A stretch of 64,000 nt of DNA from Octopus vulgaris (GCA_951406725.2 OX597818.1:57040001-57104000); one strand, 5' to 3'. Numbered from the stretch's first letter, positions 39,525 through 54,023 are shown. Translations and numbers: made by a program. The notes: generated by a model not told the origin, from the sequence alone.

Positions 39525-39862
39525 TGAAAGCGCATGGCTTAATGGTTGAGCGTCGGGTTCACAATCATGTGGTAGTGAGTTCGAATCCCGGAACGGTCTG
39601 CGTGTTGTGTTCTCGAGCAAGACACTTTATTTCACGTTGCTCCATTTCACTCAGCTGTAGAAAAGAGTTGTGACATCACTGGTGCCAAGCTGTATCGGCC
39701 CCTTTGCTTTTTCCTTGGATAACATCGGTGGTGTGGAGAGGAGAGGCCGGTATGCATGAGCTACTGCTGGTCTTTTACTAATAAGCTTGCCCGGACTTGT
39801 GCCCCGGAGGGTAACTTTCTAGGTGCAATCCCATGGCCACTCATGACCGAAAGAGGCCTTTA
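39525..39862 (+). mobile_element. tRNA-derived CORE-like SINE (head D type) with a distinct tail
   Basis: tggcttaatggtt...gagttcgaatccc...ttgtgttctcgagcaagacacttt. Relatives at 40107-40355(-), 45370-45668(+), 49074-49320(+), 60200-60495(-), 63616-63810(+). Confidence 0.8.
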
Positions 39863-40989
39863 CCTATATGGTTATTTAGTTTCTAACAAGATTGATAAGC
39901 TTTACGTCTTCCTGAAGTTTACGAAGTTGATATCTGTAGTATATTGGAACATTAGGGAAATTAAAAAAACAATTCCTTTTATTCACGATTTATTTCCCTT
40001 GCACGATCTCCTCCGAACACATCATTCAAATGCGAGGCATTTAAGAAGTGCTTATTCTTTTCTTTTCTCATCCCCCCCTTTTTTTAGTTTAATATAAAAA
40101 AAAATAAATGTTCCTTCTCGAGCCAGGCCAGGCTCATAAGGGCCGGTTTCCCGGTTTCAGTGGCGTAGAAATTACCCACCTGGACGGGACGCCAGTCTGT
40201 CGCAGGCTTACTCATTTTTGCCAGCTGAGTGGACTGGAGCAAAGTGAAATGAAGTGTTTTGCTCAAGAACACAACGCATCGCCCGGTCCAGGAATCGAAA
40301 CCGCAACCTTACGATCATGAGTTCAACACCTTAACCACTAAGCCATGCGCTTCCACAAAAAATTCATTTTATTCACGATTTAGTTTAATACCACCACCTG
40401 ACTCTTGGGTGCCTTTAATGGGACCCACTCAGCTGAAAACATTTGGGCCAGGCCCCTGGTTTGAGAATTCCTTCCTCCCACCCTTCCACAAGGATCGGGG
40501 GGGGGGGGGTCCTGTAGTCATACGTATTGCTCTTCTCTCCTGAGTAAGTCCATCAAAAGTCTATAAACACTTTGTGACATTAATTGTGATTCTCGATAAG
40601 AACAGATCTAAACTGGAACACCAAACACGTAAGAAAGCTATTTTGAAGATAGCAAACTCCTGTAGGAATTGTCATATAAGAACGAACCAGCACAAAGGGA
40701 AACCCTATCTAGTAAGCTAATACCACAAAATAAATATCGATAAAAGTTATCCAATTGCAGAAGGCATTCGAAGTTGATAGTGAAACGGTCAGATGGACTT
40801 GACAAAGCTTAAGTTTATCATGAGAAAGATGGATCGCATGCAACTGATTAATCCGTGATAATTTAATAGATATTTTAATCTTCCAAAGAAAATGGCAATT
40901 ATTTAGAAGTGACATATTGACATAGCCGTTTTTTCACAGGTCGATTCAACAGCTTATGAAGATCTGTGATTCCAGAAAATATTATAGAA

Positions 40990-41110
40990 GAGCATCCGAT
41001 AAGAACATCAATGGCTCCGTTATCTTTACCAGGTAAGTATCGGATGTCATAATTGCAGAGAAATATTTCCAAGTGCTTAAGAAAAATCTTATCATCCTTC
41101 GTTTTCCATT
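40990..41110 (-). pseudogene. Decayed Ty3/Gypsy-like pol fragment (end of RNase H)
   Basis: KHLEIFLCNYDIRYLPGKDNGAIDVL resembles the L..Y...I.Y.PGK.N..AD.LSR motif. Confidence 0.5.
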
Positions 41111-41911
41111 TATCTTTGTGACACAATATGAACGAGATGCTGTGAAAATAGATGCTAAGTAAAAATGATCGCCATTTTCATTAAAAACAATTTCTATGAT
41201 AGCCACGACCTCCTTTTCAAATGACATGTTATATGGTCTATCTTTTACTAGTTTCATTCATGAGACTACGGCCATGCTGGGGCAGCGCCCTGAAGAATTT
41301 TTAGTCCAACGACTCGACCCCAGTACTTAATTTTACAGCCTGGTACTTTTGGTATCGGATTCTTTTGATGAAACACTAGGTTACGAGGACGTAAACATAT
41401 CAATACTTATTTCTTTATTACCCACAAGGGGCTAAACATAGAGGGGACAAACAAGGACAGACATAAGTATTAAGTCGATTACATCGACCCCAGTGCGTAA
41501 CTGGTGCTTAATTTATCGACCCCAAAAGGATGAAAGGCAAAGTCGACCTCGGCGGAATTTGAACTCACAACGTAACGGTAGACGAAATACCGCAAAGCAT
41601 TTCGCCCGGTGTGCTAACGCTTCTCCCAGCTCGTCGCCGGTTGTCAATACCGGTTGTCAAGCGTGATGACACACACACGACGGATTACTTACAGATTCCG
41701 TCTACCAAATCCACCCACAAGGCTTTGGTCGGCCCGATGCTCTTGCTCAAAGTGCCACGCAGCGAGACTGAAACCGGAACCGTGTGACTGGCATGTAAAT
41801 CTCTTACCACACAACCATGATAAAACAGTTTTTTTTTTGTTTGAGATGGAAAATTAATTTTGGTGAAGAAAGTGAGTGATTTATCTTACAGTGAAAGGAG
41901 ACCCTCGAGAG

Positions 41912-42850
41912 ATTTCTTTATTTTGGCACTCGGGCCACTAACATAGAGAGGGACACTACAAGGACAGACACAACGCTACAGTGGGGACAATAAACATAAA
42001 ACGGATGAGAATGAATATTATACAATAATGAACAATGAAATGGCTGCATGGTCCCCACTCCTCATGCAGTACCATTGGAACGATTTTACACACTGTTATT
42101 ACAGTCTTGTTATTTTATCTGTTGTTTTTTCCATTAATTATCATTTTTTCCTTCAAAAATACTGTTTCCTTTCTCTTTTCCTTTTTTTTTAACGCCTCAT
42201 ACACAGCTCCAGTTCTAACAGATCAATTACTGGTGGCAGCTCATTGAACTCCACCATCGCTCCGGCCGGGTCAATTCTATTCCCGCACATGTCTTTAAGT
42301 TTTTCGTAGGTTACCTTATCGACCACCATGGCCTTCACTCTCTCAGGGTACGTGTCACTGGGTATTTTTACCCTTATGATGTGCTTGAACTTCACGATTT
42401 CCTTCTCCGCTTCCTTGTTTTTAGAATAAGTCCTCTAGGCTTTCTCCTTTACTACCTCTCCCAATATATATTTCTTTACTACCCACAAGGAGCTAAACAC
42501 AGGGGGGACAAACAAGGACAGACAAACGGATTAAGTCGATTACATCGACCCCAGTGCATAACTGGTACTTAATTTATCGACCCCGAAAGGATGAAAGGCA
42601 AAGTCGACCTCAGCGGACTTTGAACTCGGAACGTAACGACAGATGAAATACGGCTACGCATTTCGCCCGGCGCGCTAACGTTTCTGCCAGCTCGCCGCCT
42701 CTCCCAATATAGGTTCCTCTATACTCTTCTCTGAGTCTGGAACCTTCTTCTCTATCTCCAAGAAGGCCCTCGAGATTGATGCATGAAAAGCATCGGTTTC
42801 ATCATGCAGTGGAACTTCAGGTCGGGCAGAGGAGAGAAGAGAAACATCAA
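41912..42850 (-). mobile_element. LINE 3' end (L1/Tx1-like ORF2 C-terminus by inference) interrupted by a family-A SINE
   Basis: Removing the SINE (42469-42699; TSD tctcccaatata at 42457-68 and 42700-11) restores one frame ...EEPILGEVVKEKA*RTYSKN...VKFKHIIRVKIPSD...DKVTYEKL...GAMVEFNELPP...*. The 3'UTR ends tgtctgtccttgt...aaaataaagaaat. Confidence 0.6.
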
Positions 42851-43144
42851 TTATTGAAAGATTAAACCGTTTACTTGTCATGCGTGTCACATGTAATACA
42901 CAGGACACGCTCCGCTGGCGCCCATGCATCATATATGATTCATATTGCTCATTGATGGTTTGATTAATCTTTGATCAGTTAATCAGCCAGGTGTGTCAAA
43001 GTCATTTTCGTTGTTATTTCGCGATCTCGTCAATGACATACCGTCTCTGCTCCACGTCTGTCTGTCTCATATTAATATTTTCTTTTAAGACGGCAGAGTC
43101 ACAGAATCGTTAGAGCGTCAGAAAATAATTGCACGGTCACACAC

Positions 43145-43214
<70 letters not shown>

Positions 43215-44539
43215 GTATGAGATTCGGTATTTGTTCTGGCTTTTTTTACATTTTGAGTTGAGATTTCCTGAAGTTAGCCTTGCTATCCCTTCCCCCCTAG
43301 GGGGTCGATGCAATAAAGTACCAGTCAAGTCCTAGGGTTGATAGTATCGATTGACCCCTTCCTTAAAAAATGCTGGCTTTGTGCCTAAATTACAAATCAT
43401 TAGTACATCATTCACAACGTTTCTTTGCATTTTCTGTACTTCTTCGAGTCCATCTGACATTCGAGATGGCAGAATCGTTAGTTTTGAGTTCAAATTTCCG
43501 CCGAGGTCGACTTTGCTTTCATCCTTTCGGGGTCGGTTAAATAAGTGCCAGTTACGCACTGGGGTCGATGTAATCGACTTAATCCGTTTGTCTGTCCTTG
43601 TTTGTCCCCTCTGTGTTTAGCCCTCTGTGGGCAATAAAGAAATAAATTATTATTATTATTATTCTTAAAGTAGCGAGGTGGCAGAGTCGTTAACACGCCG
43701 GGCAAAATGCTTAGTGGCATTTACATTCTAAGTTCAAATTCCACCGAAATTCACTTTGCCTTTCATCCTTTCGGGGTCGATAAATTAAGTACCAGTGAAA
43801 CACTGGAGTCGATGTAATCGACTGGTCCCCTTCCCGAAAATTTCAGGCCCTGTGCCTTTAGTAGAAAGGATTATTATTATTATAATAAACATAGGCGCAG
43901 GAGTGGCTGTGTGGTAAGTAGCTTGTTTACCAACCACATGGTTCCGGGTTCAGTCCCACTGCGTGGCATCTTGGGCAAGTGTCTTCTGCTATAGCTTCGG
44001 GCTGACCAATCCCTTGTGAGTGGATTTGGTAGACGGAAACTGAAAGAAGCCTGTCGTATATATGTATATATATATGTATATGTGTGTGTGTGTGTGTGTG
44101 TTTGTGTGTCTGTGTTTGTCCCCCTAGCATTGCTTGACAACCGATGCTGGTGTGTTTATGTCCCCGTTACTTAGCGGTTCGGCAAAAGAGACCGATAGAA
44201 TAAGTACTGGTCTTACAAAAGAATAAGACCCGGGGTCGAGTTGCTCGACTAAAGGCGGTGCTCCAGCATGGCCGCAGTCAAAATGACTGAAACAAGTAAA
44301 AGAGTAAAAGAGAGAGTATAAATTAAAACCGTATCATTTAGCCAAAGATTAACAATTGGAGAATGGATATTTTGAAACTAATACACAGAAAAATTGAAAA
44401 ATGGCGCGTGTAAGAATGAACATCCCCAGAAACGAGTTAAGACGAAGGAAGCAAATATTTTCCCTTGTAAATTGTCATGAACATTACAATGTGAAGACGG
44501 AAATAATGAAAGAAACAAAATCAATAGATTTCCTGTGAA

Positions 44540-44990
44540 TCAACGGAAGTACCGCCCAAGGATAATTCCGAGTGATAAGATATTTTCATGAATAGAAAAC
44601 GGAAACCTGGTCGTCCAGGGTTTAATTAAAATGAACACGAACATCAATGCAGCCGAGATTAGCGATATAATATATGCAGCAACCACTGTGGTTAGAAATA
44701 ATGGTGGATACTCCCACAGATTTACTCGTATAGAGATAGCAGAACTTAAACAATCAACATGGAAATGCATGCAGAGAGGGGGAGATTTTTCTCTCAATCT
44801 TTAATGAATTGATAACGAAACGAAACTAGTGAAAAACGGAGAGACGAATACAGAAATGTAACATAACAAAAATAGTATCCGAAATTAAAGAATGCCTGCA
44901 ACAAGGGATTCAGAGAAGGGATTTTCTCTAAATTGCGAAGATTTTGTTGGCATGAAAAGCAGCAACGATATTTTTGGAGAAAATTAACAG
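44540..44990 (+). pseudogene. Decayed pre-RT region of an R4/Dong-like non-LTR element
   Basis: EISDIIYAATTVV...KQSTWK...GDFLSIFNEL...EIKECLQQGIQR...KLRRF resembles the N-terminal region of R4-clade ORFs. Confidence 0.45.
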
Positions 44991-45799
44991 TTTGCGAATA
45001 TTTAAGAGAAAATGGAACTAAAGAAAGAAAACGGGAAAGGAAGAAAAAAAATTAGAAAGGAGAACGACGGAAGAGTTGGACTCAGTGCAACAAATAAAAG
45101 ATAGAGAAAACCGGTCCTCCGTCGGTTACGACGAGGAGTGTTCTGGTTGATTCGATCAACAGAACAACCTGCTGGTTAAGTTAGCGTGCAAGTGGCTGAG
45201 CACTCCACAGACACGTGTACCCTTAACTTAGTTCTCGGGGAGATTCAGCGTAACACAGAATGTGACAAAGCTCACCTTTTAATTTTCTTCAGAACTTCAT
45301 AAAAATTATGTTCAGGTTATAATCTACAACTCGGGTAGCTTGTCCGTTTATTATAAGAAATATTCAATTCGGCGAGAGCCCCTGGTTAGAGTATTCTGCT
45401 CATGATCGTAAGGTTGTGAGTTCGATTCTCAGTGTGCGTTGTGTCCTTGACCAAAACTCTTTACTTCACGTTACTCCGGTCCATTCAGCTGGCAAAAAAT
45501 TATTAGCATCTCTATTTCAAAGGGTGAACCTTGTCATATTCTGTGTCACGCTGAATCTCCCCGAGAACTACGTTAAGGGTACACGTGTCTGCACGCTAAT
45601 TTAACCAGCTGGTTATTCTCTTGATCGAATCAACCAGACCACTCGTCGTCGTAACCGACGGAGTACCAGTTTTCTTTATCTTATATTTGTTGCACTGTCA
45701 TTAATATAAGTCCGACTCTTCCGTCGTTCCCCTTTCTAATTTTCCCTTTGTTTCCCCGTATTCTGTCTTCAGTTTCATTTTCTCTCAAATATTCACAAA
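44991..45799. repeat. Inverted duplication (44991-45279 / 45519-45799) of a SINE tail plus flank
   Basis: Both the SINE-tail block and ~120 bp of adjacent purine-rich flank are reverse-complement copies. Confidence 0.85.
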
Positions 45800-46181
45800 T
45801 CTGATTTGATTCTGGTCCGATTCTCTGGTTTGGGGCATAATTTAATGTTCACAGGTTTAATTAATCTACTTTTTCATATTTCAACTTTAGCTCATTAGTT
45901 TAATCAAATATTCATGTCAGGTCTTGACTGAGATTATGAGTAATTCTCAGTAATTTTTCAAATTAAGTATTGTTCTCGTTTACTCTTTTACTTGTTTCAG
46001 GCATTTGACTGTGGCCATGCTGGAGCACCACCTTTAGTCGAGCAAATCGACTCCAATACTTATTCTTTGTAAGCCTAGTACTTATTCTATCGGTCTCTTT
46101 TGCCGAACCGCTAAGTTACGGGGACGTAAACACAACAGCATCGGTTGTCAAGCGATGTTATGGGGGACAAACACAGACACA

Positions 46182-46265
<84 letters not shown>

Positions 46266-47759
46266 TACGACAGGCTTCTTTCAGTTTCCGTCCACCAAAT
46301 CCACTCACAAGGCTTTGGTCGACCCGAGGCTATAGTAGAAGACACTTGCCCAATGTGCCACGCAGTGAGACTGAACCCGGAACCATGTGGTTCGTAAGCA
46401 AGCTACTTACCACACAGCCACTTTCTGGAGCACTAAGGTTTGTAAAGCCGGTAACTCGGTCTCTAGGCGTATAAGTGATCAAGATTATAGCATTCTCCCT
46501 GAACGAGACGCCGGTACATTGTAGTTTAGGAACTGCTGCTCCTAACAAAGCTGAAATGTAGAAGGCAGACATTCTCCAAATACAAGAATAAAAAGACAAG
46601 AATTTGCAAATACGGCCGTCTGTCGTTTTCATCGTTACATTGCATGCAAATTACAGTATTTTTATTGAAAGAAATAAAGGCAATTTCCTTGCGTTCGTAT
46701 CTGTATACATAAGAAGTAGTTATCAATTTCTTTACTACCCACAAGGGGCTAAACACAGAGGGGACAAACAAGGACAGACAAACGGATTAAGTCGATTACA
46801 TCGACCCCAGTGCGTAACTGGTACTTAATTCATCGACCCCCGAAAGGATGAATGGCAAAGTCGACCTCGGCGGAATTTGAACTCAGAACGTAACAACAGA
46901 CGAAATACCTATTTCTTTACTACTCACATGGTACTAAACACAGAGAGGACAAACAAGGACAGACAAACGGATTAAGTCGATTACATCGACCCCAGTGCGT
47001 AACTGGTACTTAATTCATTGACCCCGAAATGATGAAAGGCAAAATCGACCTCGGCGGAATTTGAACTCAGAACGTAACGGCAAACGAAATATGGCTACGC
47101 ATTTCGCCCAGCTCGCTGCCTTCTATATACATAAGAAGTGGTTATCGCAGCAGGAAGAAAATACGTTTAATCACATTGGTTGCGCTGTCCAAAAGCTATA
47201 GATTTAAATCTCCCACAATGCAACACCACGACGTGCGCCATCCAGTGGCCGATAGATGAGACAACTGGTTTCAAGGGAGGTAACTGTCTACAGCAGGATT
47301 CAAGGCCATCATGTTTAAGGGTTGGGGGCAAGGTGGTTACATCAACCTCAGTACTTGCTTAGTATCCCGAACGGATGAAAAGAAAGGTTAACCTTGGCGG
47401 TAGCTGGCAGAAACGTTAGCACACCGGGCGAAATGCTTAGCAGTATTTCGTCTGCCGTTACCTTCTGAGTTCAAATTCCGCCGAGGTCGACTTTGCCTTT
47501 CATCCTTTCGGGGTCGATTAAATAAGTACCAGTTACGCACTGGGGTCAATATAATCGATTTAATCCGTTTGTCTGTCCTTGTTTGTCCCCTCTATGTTTA
47601 GCCCCTTGTGGGTAGTAAAGAAATAGGTATTTGAACCCAGAACGTAAAGGCCCATCAGAAAAACCGCTAATTCTCGCCGCCTTTTATAAATAGCTTAAGG
47701 CCACTTCTGTCGAGTTTATAGTTCGTCGGTAGCATCTCGTATCATTGGAACCCATATTG

Positions 47760-48340
47760 AAGGGATTTATTAATGGAGTCAGAGTAAAATACTTGTGGGT
47801 TAATGAATCTCCTTAGATTTTTCTTCTTGTAGTCAAATGGCCGATTTGAATTACTTTCTGTTTGTCCTGTGAAGTTATTGTTGTCTTCCGTTTCGACAAA
47901 ACATGATTGATGTATGTTGTGTTAATACGAAGGCTGCTTTATTTGAGTATCTCCAGTACCCAAGTGTAGCATGCTTTCAAATACTTCTCGGTAATTAATT
48001 AAAACTATGTTAATGCTTGTATACCTTTTTCCCTCGCCCTTCTATTTCCCTTTCCTCGTGGCTAAAGTGGAGAGCATTAAACCGTATACAAGAAACGAGA
48101 GGTTGAATAGAGTGAACAATGCGAAACGGTTCTGATCGATGGCCGCACGTTTTGATTAATGGACAGATGATGTAAACAAACTTCTAAATAATTGCGATCA
48201 TGAATCCTTTACTGCTATTCTTTCTGCTCCTATAGAATTTTTCTGTTTTTCTACCTTGTTGAGTATTTGAGTACCTTGTCAGTTGTAGACTAGAAAAACA
48301 AGGACTTTACAGCTGGCAGGCAAGATACAGACAACTACTT
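47760..48340 (-). pseudogene. Highly decayed RT of an R4-like non-LTR element
   Basis: SINIVLINYREVFESML(H)/WVLEILK resembles WIDYKKAFDSVPH.WI; RKTTIT...RRKI*GDSLT resembles RGIFQGDSLSP. Confidence 0.45.
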
Positions 48341-49688
48341 TTACTATTGAGAATTAATGTTGTTCCTTGTGCTCAGTAATCGTTTAGCGTTGATTCTGGT
48401 CTTCTCCGTAGTTCTGCCGCAACAAATCTATAATTAGTGCTCAACTAGTCCCGACCGTTACTCTAAGACAACCCCTGGCAGATTCTATGATAGGCAAGCA
48501 CCACCTCATGTGATGCATCGTAAAGGCTGCCAGAACTAGATCAGTCTTCGGCGCTATTCTGATAAATTTAGATTGGTCTAAAGCATTTGATTGGAGGCAA
48601 CCAATGCCGCTTTGTAACTAAACTTGGTAGAGGTGGTTTCGTTCTAGTATTCAGAGGTGAGCTAACGGCTTTGTTCGTTGGTTAAACCAAGTGGCTACCG
48701 AGCAAGACCGATTTGTAGCGCATACTCTTTTCATCAAGGACGAGCCTTCTCATCTCTTTTGTATGTTTTGGCAATTTCCTCTCTTCTCACTTTTCTTCAA
48801 GTGAAACTTGAACATATTAATGAGGGGGTAGTGGAAGAGGAAAGGGTCTGGCAATATGCTGAACGTGTGTAGTTGCTGTTTCTATTGGTATGTGGTTTTT
48901 GTTGTTGTTATTGCCGTTCATAACGGTGTTGGAGATCGTGTTAGAGCCTCGACTGGACACTAAAAGATGAAGAAAGTATTTGCTTGTGAACGCAGCGAAA
49001 CTGGAAGAGAGTTTGAGCGGTAAAATGGTGTCGGCTGCTTAAAACATCTTTTACTTCTTGCTTGCTTGCTAGTGTGGAGGCGCGTTGCTTAGTGGTTAGG
49101 GTGTCAGCATCATGATCGTAAGATTGTGGTTTCGATTCCTGGACCGGGCGACGCGTAGTGTTCTTGAGAAAAACACTTCATTTCACGTTGCTCAAGTCCA
49201 CTCAGCTGGCAAAAATGAGTAACGCTGCGATGGACTGGCGTCCCGTCCAGCTGGGGAACACATACGCCATAGAAACCGGGAAACCGAGCCCATGAGCCTG
49301 GCTAGGCTTTAAAAGGGCGCATTTATTTTGTGGAGGCGCAATGGCCCAGTGGCTAGGGCAGCGGACTCGCGGTCGGAGGATCGCGGTTTCGATTCCCAGA
49401 CCGCGTGTTGTGTGTGTTTATTGAACGAAAGCACCTAAAGCTCCACGAGGCTCCGGCAGGGGGTAGTGGCGACCCCTTTTGTACTCTTTCGCCCCAACTT
49501 TCTCTCACTCTTTCTTCCTGTTTCTTAGGAAACGCTGCGATGGACTGGCGTCCCGTCCAGCTGGGGGTGGGGGGAACACACACGCCACAGAAACCGGGAA
49601 ACCGGGCCCATGAGCCTGGTTAGGCTTGAAAAGGGCGCATAGATGAATAAATTGCTTTCTAGTAAAGACGACACAATCCTATGTTTAA

Positions 49689-49907
49689 CCCTTTAGCATT
49701 TAAACCAGCTATGTCGGGCCCAAATATTCTACCTATTTTCTGTTCAAACAGGCCAGATCCGACTTCTTAGACCTATCCGATAATGTTATTCTAAAAATAA
49801 ACAATCAATCACCAAAATCGTGAAGCTACAAGATAATGCATGATTAATTCAAAACAATGTGAATAAATAAGCATTACATTTGACAAAGAAATCTGAATGC
49901 CATAGGA
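49689..49907. mobile_element. piggyBac-type MITE
   Basis: TTAA|ccctttagcatt ... aatgccatagga|TTAA (right TIR decayed). Confidence 0.7.
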
Positions 49908-50051
49908 TTAATATTTTGAAAATATATGTCGGTTCTGGGTAGCTTCGACTGAAGAGACGCACAAGGTCGAAACATTGCTGTTCCTAGAATTTTCTTTACA
50001 TTGGTAAATCACGGGTGTTAGAACATACATAGTCTAAACAGAGGTTGTTTT

Positions 50052-50186
50052 CATATCCTTTTATTCTCATGTATAAACCCATCCGTTTTTAATTTGTGTT
50101 ATAGGCGCGTTTGACCCTTATATGTTCATTGTCTGTCCTTGTTCGTACGCTGTATGTAAACCTTTTATAGGTAAAATAAAGAAATC
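50052..50186 (+). mobile_element. Severely 5'-truncated LINE 3' end with ~20-bp TSD
   Basis: TSD agtctaaa(c/t)agagg(t)tgtttt at 50031-51 and 50187-206; tail catccgttt...tgtctgtccttgt...aaaataaagaaat. Confidence 0.65.
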
Positions 50187-53100
50187 AGTCTAAATAGAGG
50201 TGTTTTATAAAGGTAAATAACAGCAGCAATTAGAATCTGACAGAACTTATTAAAAATAGATATGTTTGCACGAAAAGTTTTCGTAAATATAGCCCCAAAA
50301 GATGAGAGAGAAAATAGGAACCAGGAAAATAGCTACCCACGCAGGATCATGGTTGGTTTTACAACAAAATAGTATTTAAAACTTAACACCAACAAATCAC
50401 CACTAAAACAAAACAAAAAAAAATTCTGGAATTTACAGAGCTTATTGAAAAACGTCTGAAAAATTAGTAGCTAATAATAAAAAATAATAATGATGATGAT
50501 GATGGGCGATAATTGTAGTAGTCGTAGTAGTAGTAGTTTCTTGTAAGACGACATTATTTGTGTTCCGGTTCTATGGGTTAAACTTTGTAGAGTTTTTCAA
50601 GAATTAGGTTACTATTCATGTGTTTAGCGCAGAAATATTGCTCAAGGAAAAAAGACATTTGGAATTCATTTCCTTTGCTAAGCAACGTTGAATACAAAAT
50701 GTCGACCAGACGGTTTCACACAACGAATTAAGAAAAAAAAGAAGAAAAAGAACATTTGCATTGAGAATAAACAAAAAAATCCCCCGTAAACTATTATAAA
50801 TAGAAAAATCGAACATGAAAAACAAGGATGTATTCGGTGTTTCTGACATAAATAACAAAGTAGAAGACTCGTGTAACACTGACAATAACAACGGCAACGA
50901 TAGCTAGACGATCTTTTCAGAAACACGTCTGCAAATGTTGCATTAAGTGGGAATGTTCTTCATGTGACCAAATTCCTACAGGAGTTACAAGTTTAGTAGA
51001 ACTGTTTTACGAAAATCTCTCTTCTTGGCCGAAGATTGTATCCAAGAACGAAAAGAATAAATATAAGAAATAAGTGGAGATTTTAGCGGTGAGTGTGTTA
51101 CGTTATAAGGTACAAAAAGAAAATGGCTCTCTCCAGATTCGAAAATACGAAGGAAGCTGACGTATTTTCGCCCCACGAAAACATGAGAGGTCTTTCGTGT
51201 GCCTTTTAAAAACGAATTGAAGTAGGCACTAACCGATGTATGGGGTAATATTTTGAACGAGGTAAAATATATGGTTACTGTATTCCTGCTTTTCAAGACA
51301 GTCTGATCTGCTAAGATTTGAACCCATCTATACACTTGCACCACTCTACATAGGTCAACATTACAGAACGATGAGGTTCAGAGAAGCGTTAATGACATCA
51401 ACCCCTGAATTTTCGTGGTGCAATATGACGAGAAATGACATGCGGTCGGAATAGATCAGTATGGATTTGCAAGTATTTATAAATCCGCAAAGCCAAAAGA
51501 CCGTTCCAGAGCCGCCTAGCGGTGGGCACAGAAATACAGCCAGTAACACTGATGGTACAGGGAGGAAGACAGCGATTTTATACTGTTGTTAGCAAGAATC
51601 ACTCGCGAGCTTTTCGTCCAAGCAGTTAAAGAAACAAAAAGGATAACAAGAAAAGCCAGATTTGTAATTTCATTATTGTTACCGACCAAAAATCAGGCAT
51701 ATGGCGTAGTGGTTAAGAGCGCGGGCTACTAATCCCAAGATTCCGAGTCCGATTCCAGAACCGTTAGCACGCCGGGCGAGATGCTTAGCGGTATTTCGTC
51801 TGACGTTACGTTCTGAGTTCAAATTCCGCCGAGATCGACTTTGCCTCTCATCCTTTCGGGGTCGATTAAATAAGTACCAGTTACGCACTGGGGTCGATAT
51901 AATCGACTTAATTCGTTTGTCTGTCCTTGTTTGTCCCCTCCGTGTGTAGCCCCTTGTGGGTAGTAAAGAAATAGGTATTTCGTCTGCCGTTACGTTCTGA
52001 GTTCAAATTCCGCCGAGGTCTCCTTTGCCTTTCATCCTTTCGAGGTCGATAGAATGAGTGGCAGTTGAGCACTGGGGTCGATGTAATCGACTAGCCCCCT
52101 CCTTCCAAATTTCTGGCCTTGTAGTAAAGTTTGAGATCAATATTAATCAATGAATTTGATTAATGAATTTGCATATAACCATTTAAAATTCTGATTACTT
52201 GATAATTAAATACAGAAAAAATGCCACCAACCACCGCATAATTGTCATTGTTTCCGTTCTTTTAAAGTGCATATGACAGCTGGTGAAGAGGCACATGGCC
52301 TAGTGGTTAGAGCAGCGGACTCGCGGTCAAAGGATCGCTGGTTCGAATCTCAGATCGGGCGATGTGTGTGTTTATGAGCGAAATACCTAAGCTCCACGCG
52401 GCTCCGGCAGAAGGTAATAGCGAACCTCTGCTGGCTCTTTCGCCACAACTTTCTCTCACTCTTTCCTCCAGCATCTTGCAGCTCACCTGCAACGGACCGG
52501 CGTCTCGTCCAGGTGGGGAACCTATACACCAAGGAAATCGGGGAAACTGGCCCTTATGAGCCAAGCGTGGCCCGAGAAGGAACAAACAACAAAACAACAA
52601 TGACAGCTGGTATCTCTTGTTTTGAAGCTCAGATTAACTGAGCTTGGACTAGCTTTTAAACGCATAGTGACTGGAAGTACGTTAGTTTTCAAGCTCATCT
52701 ACACATGTAGAGGCCGACTGCATGAGTCATAGAGGTCAGTTGCACTTGTATCTAAGGACGGTAATCCACCATATTGTAATTCATTGATTCAAATACTTTT
52801 TAAATTCAGCCTAAAGAAATGAAGACATCATAGAATGTTGTTCGACTTGCATACGCTCAGAAAACGGACGACTTTTCTTCAGATGTTCTGGACGTAGAAC
52901 TTTACAAAAACAAATATTTCTGGAAGCATTTAAAATGACTTTAAACGTAACATGAAAGGAAGACAAAGTGATTACAGAAGCCATGTCTCTGGTAAATGTA
53001 CCCAATATACATGTCAGTCTCTGTGTGGTACCATGTTAAAACAGATTCATTTGTACCAACCACAGCCGCACTCAGTGAAGTAAACGTTAAAGAGAATATT

Positions 53101-53330
53101 TTTATCCCTCCAAGCAAAAGCACTTTTGTTTTTCCAAAATTTTCAAGATTATTTTCTAGTTCTGAAACACAAGAAAAAAAAATCACGGAGGGAAGAAATG
53201 TAAAGAAGGAAACGTTATGGTAATATTGATTTCAAATTTTGGCACAAGGCCAGCAATTTCTTGGGAAGGAGTTAGTCGATTACATCAACCCCAGTACGCA
53301 ACTGGTACTCATTTTATCGACCTCCGACAC

Positions 53331-53364
<34 letters not shown>

Positions 53365-53880
53365 TTGGCCTACCGCTTCTGGACAACCGGTGTTGATTTG
53401 CTTATGTTTCAGTTACTAAGCGGTTCGGCAAAGGAGTCCAACAAAACAAGTACCAGACTTAAAAAAAAAAAAAGAAATACTAGGGGCAGTTTGTTCGCCC
53501 AAACCCTTCAAAATGGCGCCCCATCATTGTCGCAGTAAAAGGTGGAAAAAACAAAAAACAAAAGGGAGGTAATTTCACATTTGTTTCTGAACATGCGTTC
53601 TGTTATGCATTGTAGCATCTTATTATCGTTGTTGGAGTCGTCGATTCTTGCCGATGTCAGCAGCATCTATGGGGTTTCTAATAATTCAGTGTTTGGTTGA
53701 TGATATTGGAATCACTTGCGACAGTGACATTTATAACAAATATTTTCAATTAAGTCCTACATTAAAGATTTATTGCTAATTACTTTCTCTGCGAGATTCA
53801 GGTTGTTTTTTCCGAGTTTATCCTCGGGATGTTTATAAAGAACATTGGCAAACTCGCAAACTTCCGACAGCACCTATCTT

Positions 53881-53992
53881 TGTGTGTGTGTGTGTGTATG
53901 TATGTATGTGTGTATGTATGTATGTATGTATGTATGTATGTATGTATGTATGTGTGCGTGTGTATGTATGTATGTATGCATGTATGTGTGTG

Positions 53993-54023
<31 letters not shown>

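Noticed and set aside
49949-49980. CTGAAGA-GAC..GTC-GAAA-cattg
   Set aside because: Core and stem II are present but there is no NUH or stem I; at best a decayed HHR, so not counted.
50870-53223. Non-repetitive stretches as coding relics
   Set aside because: No recognisable motif; multiple stops.
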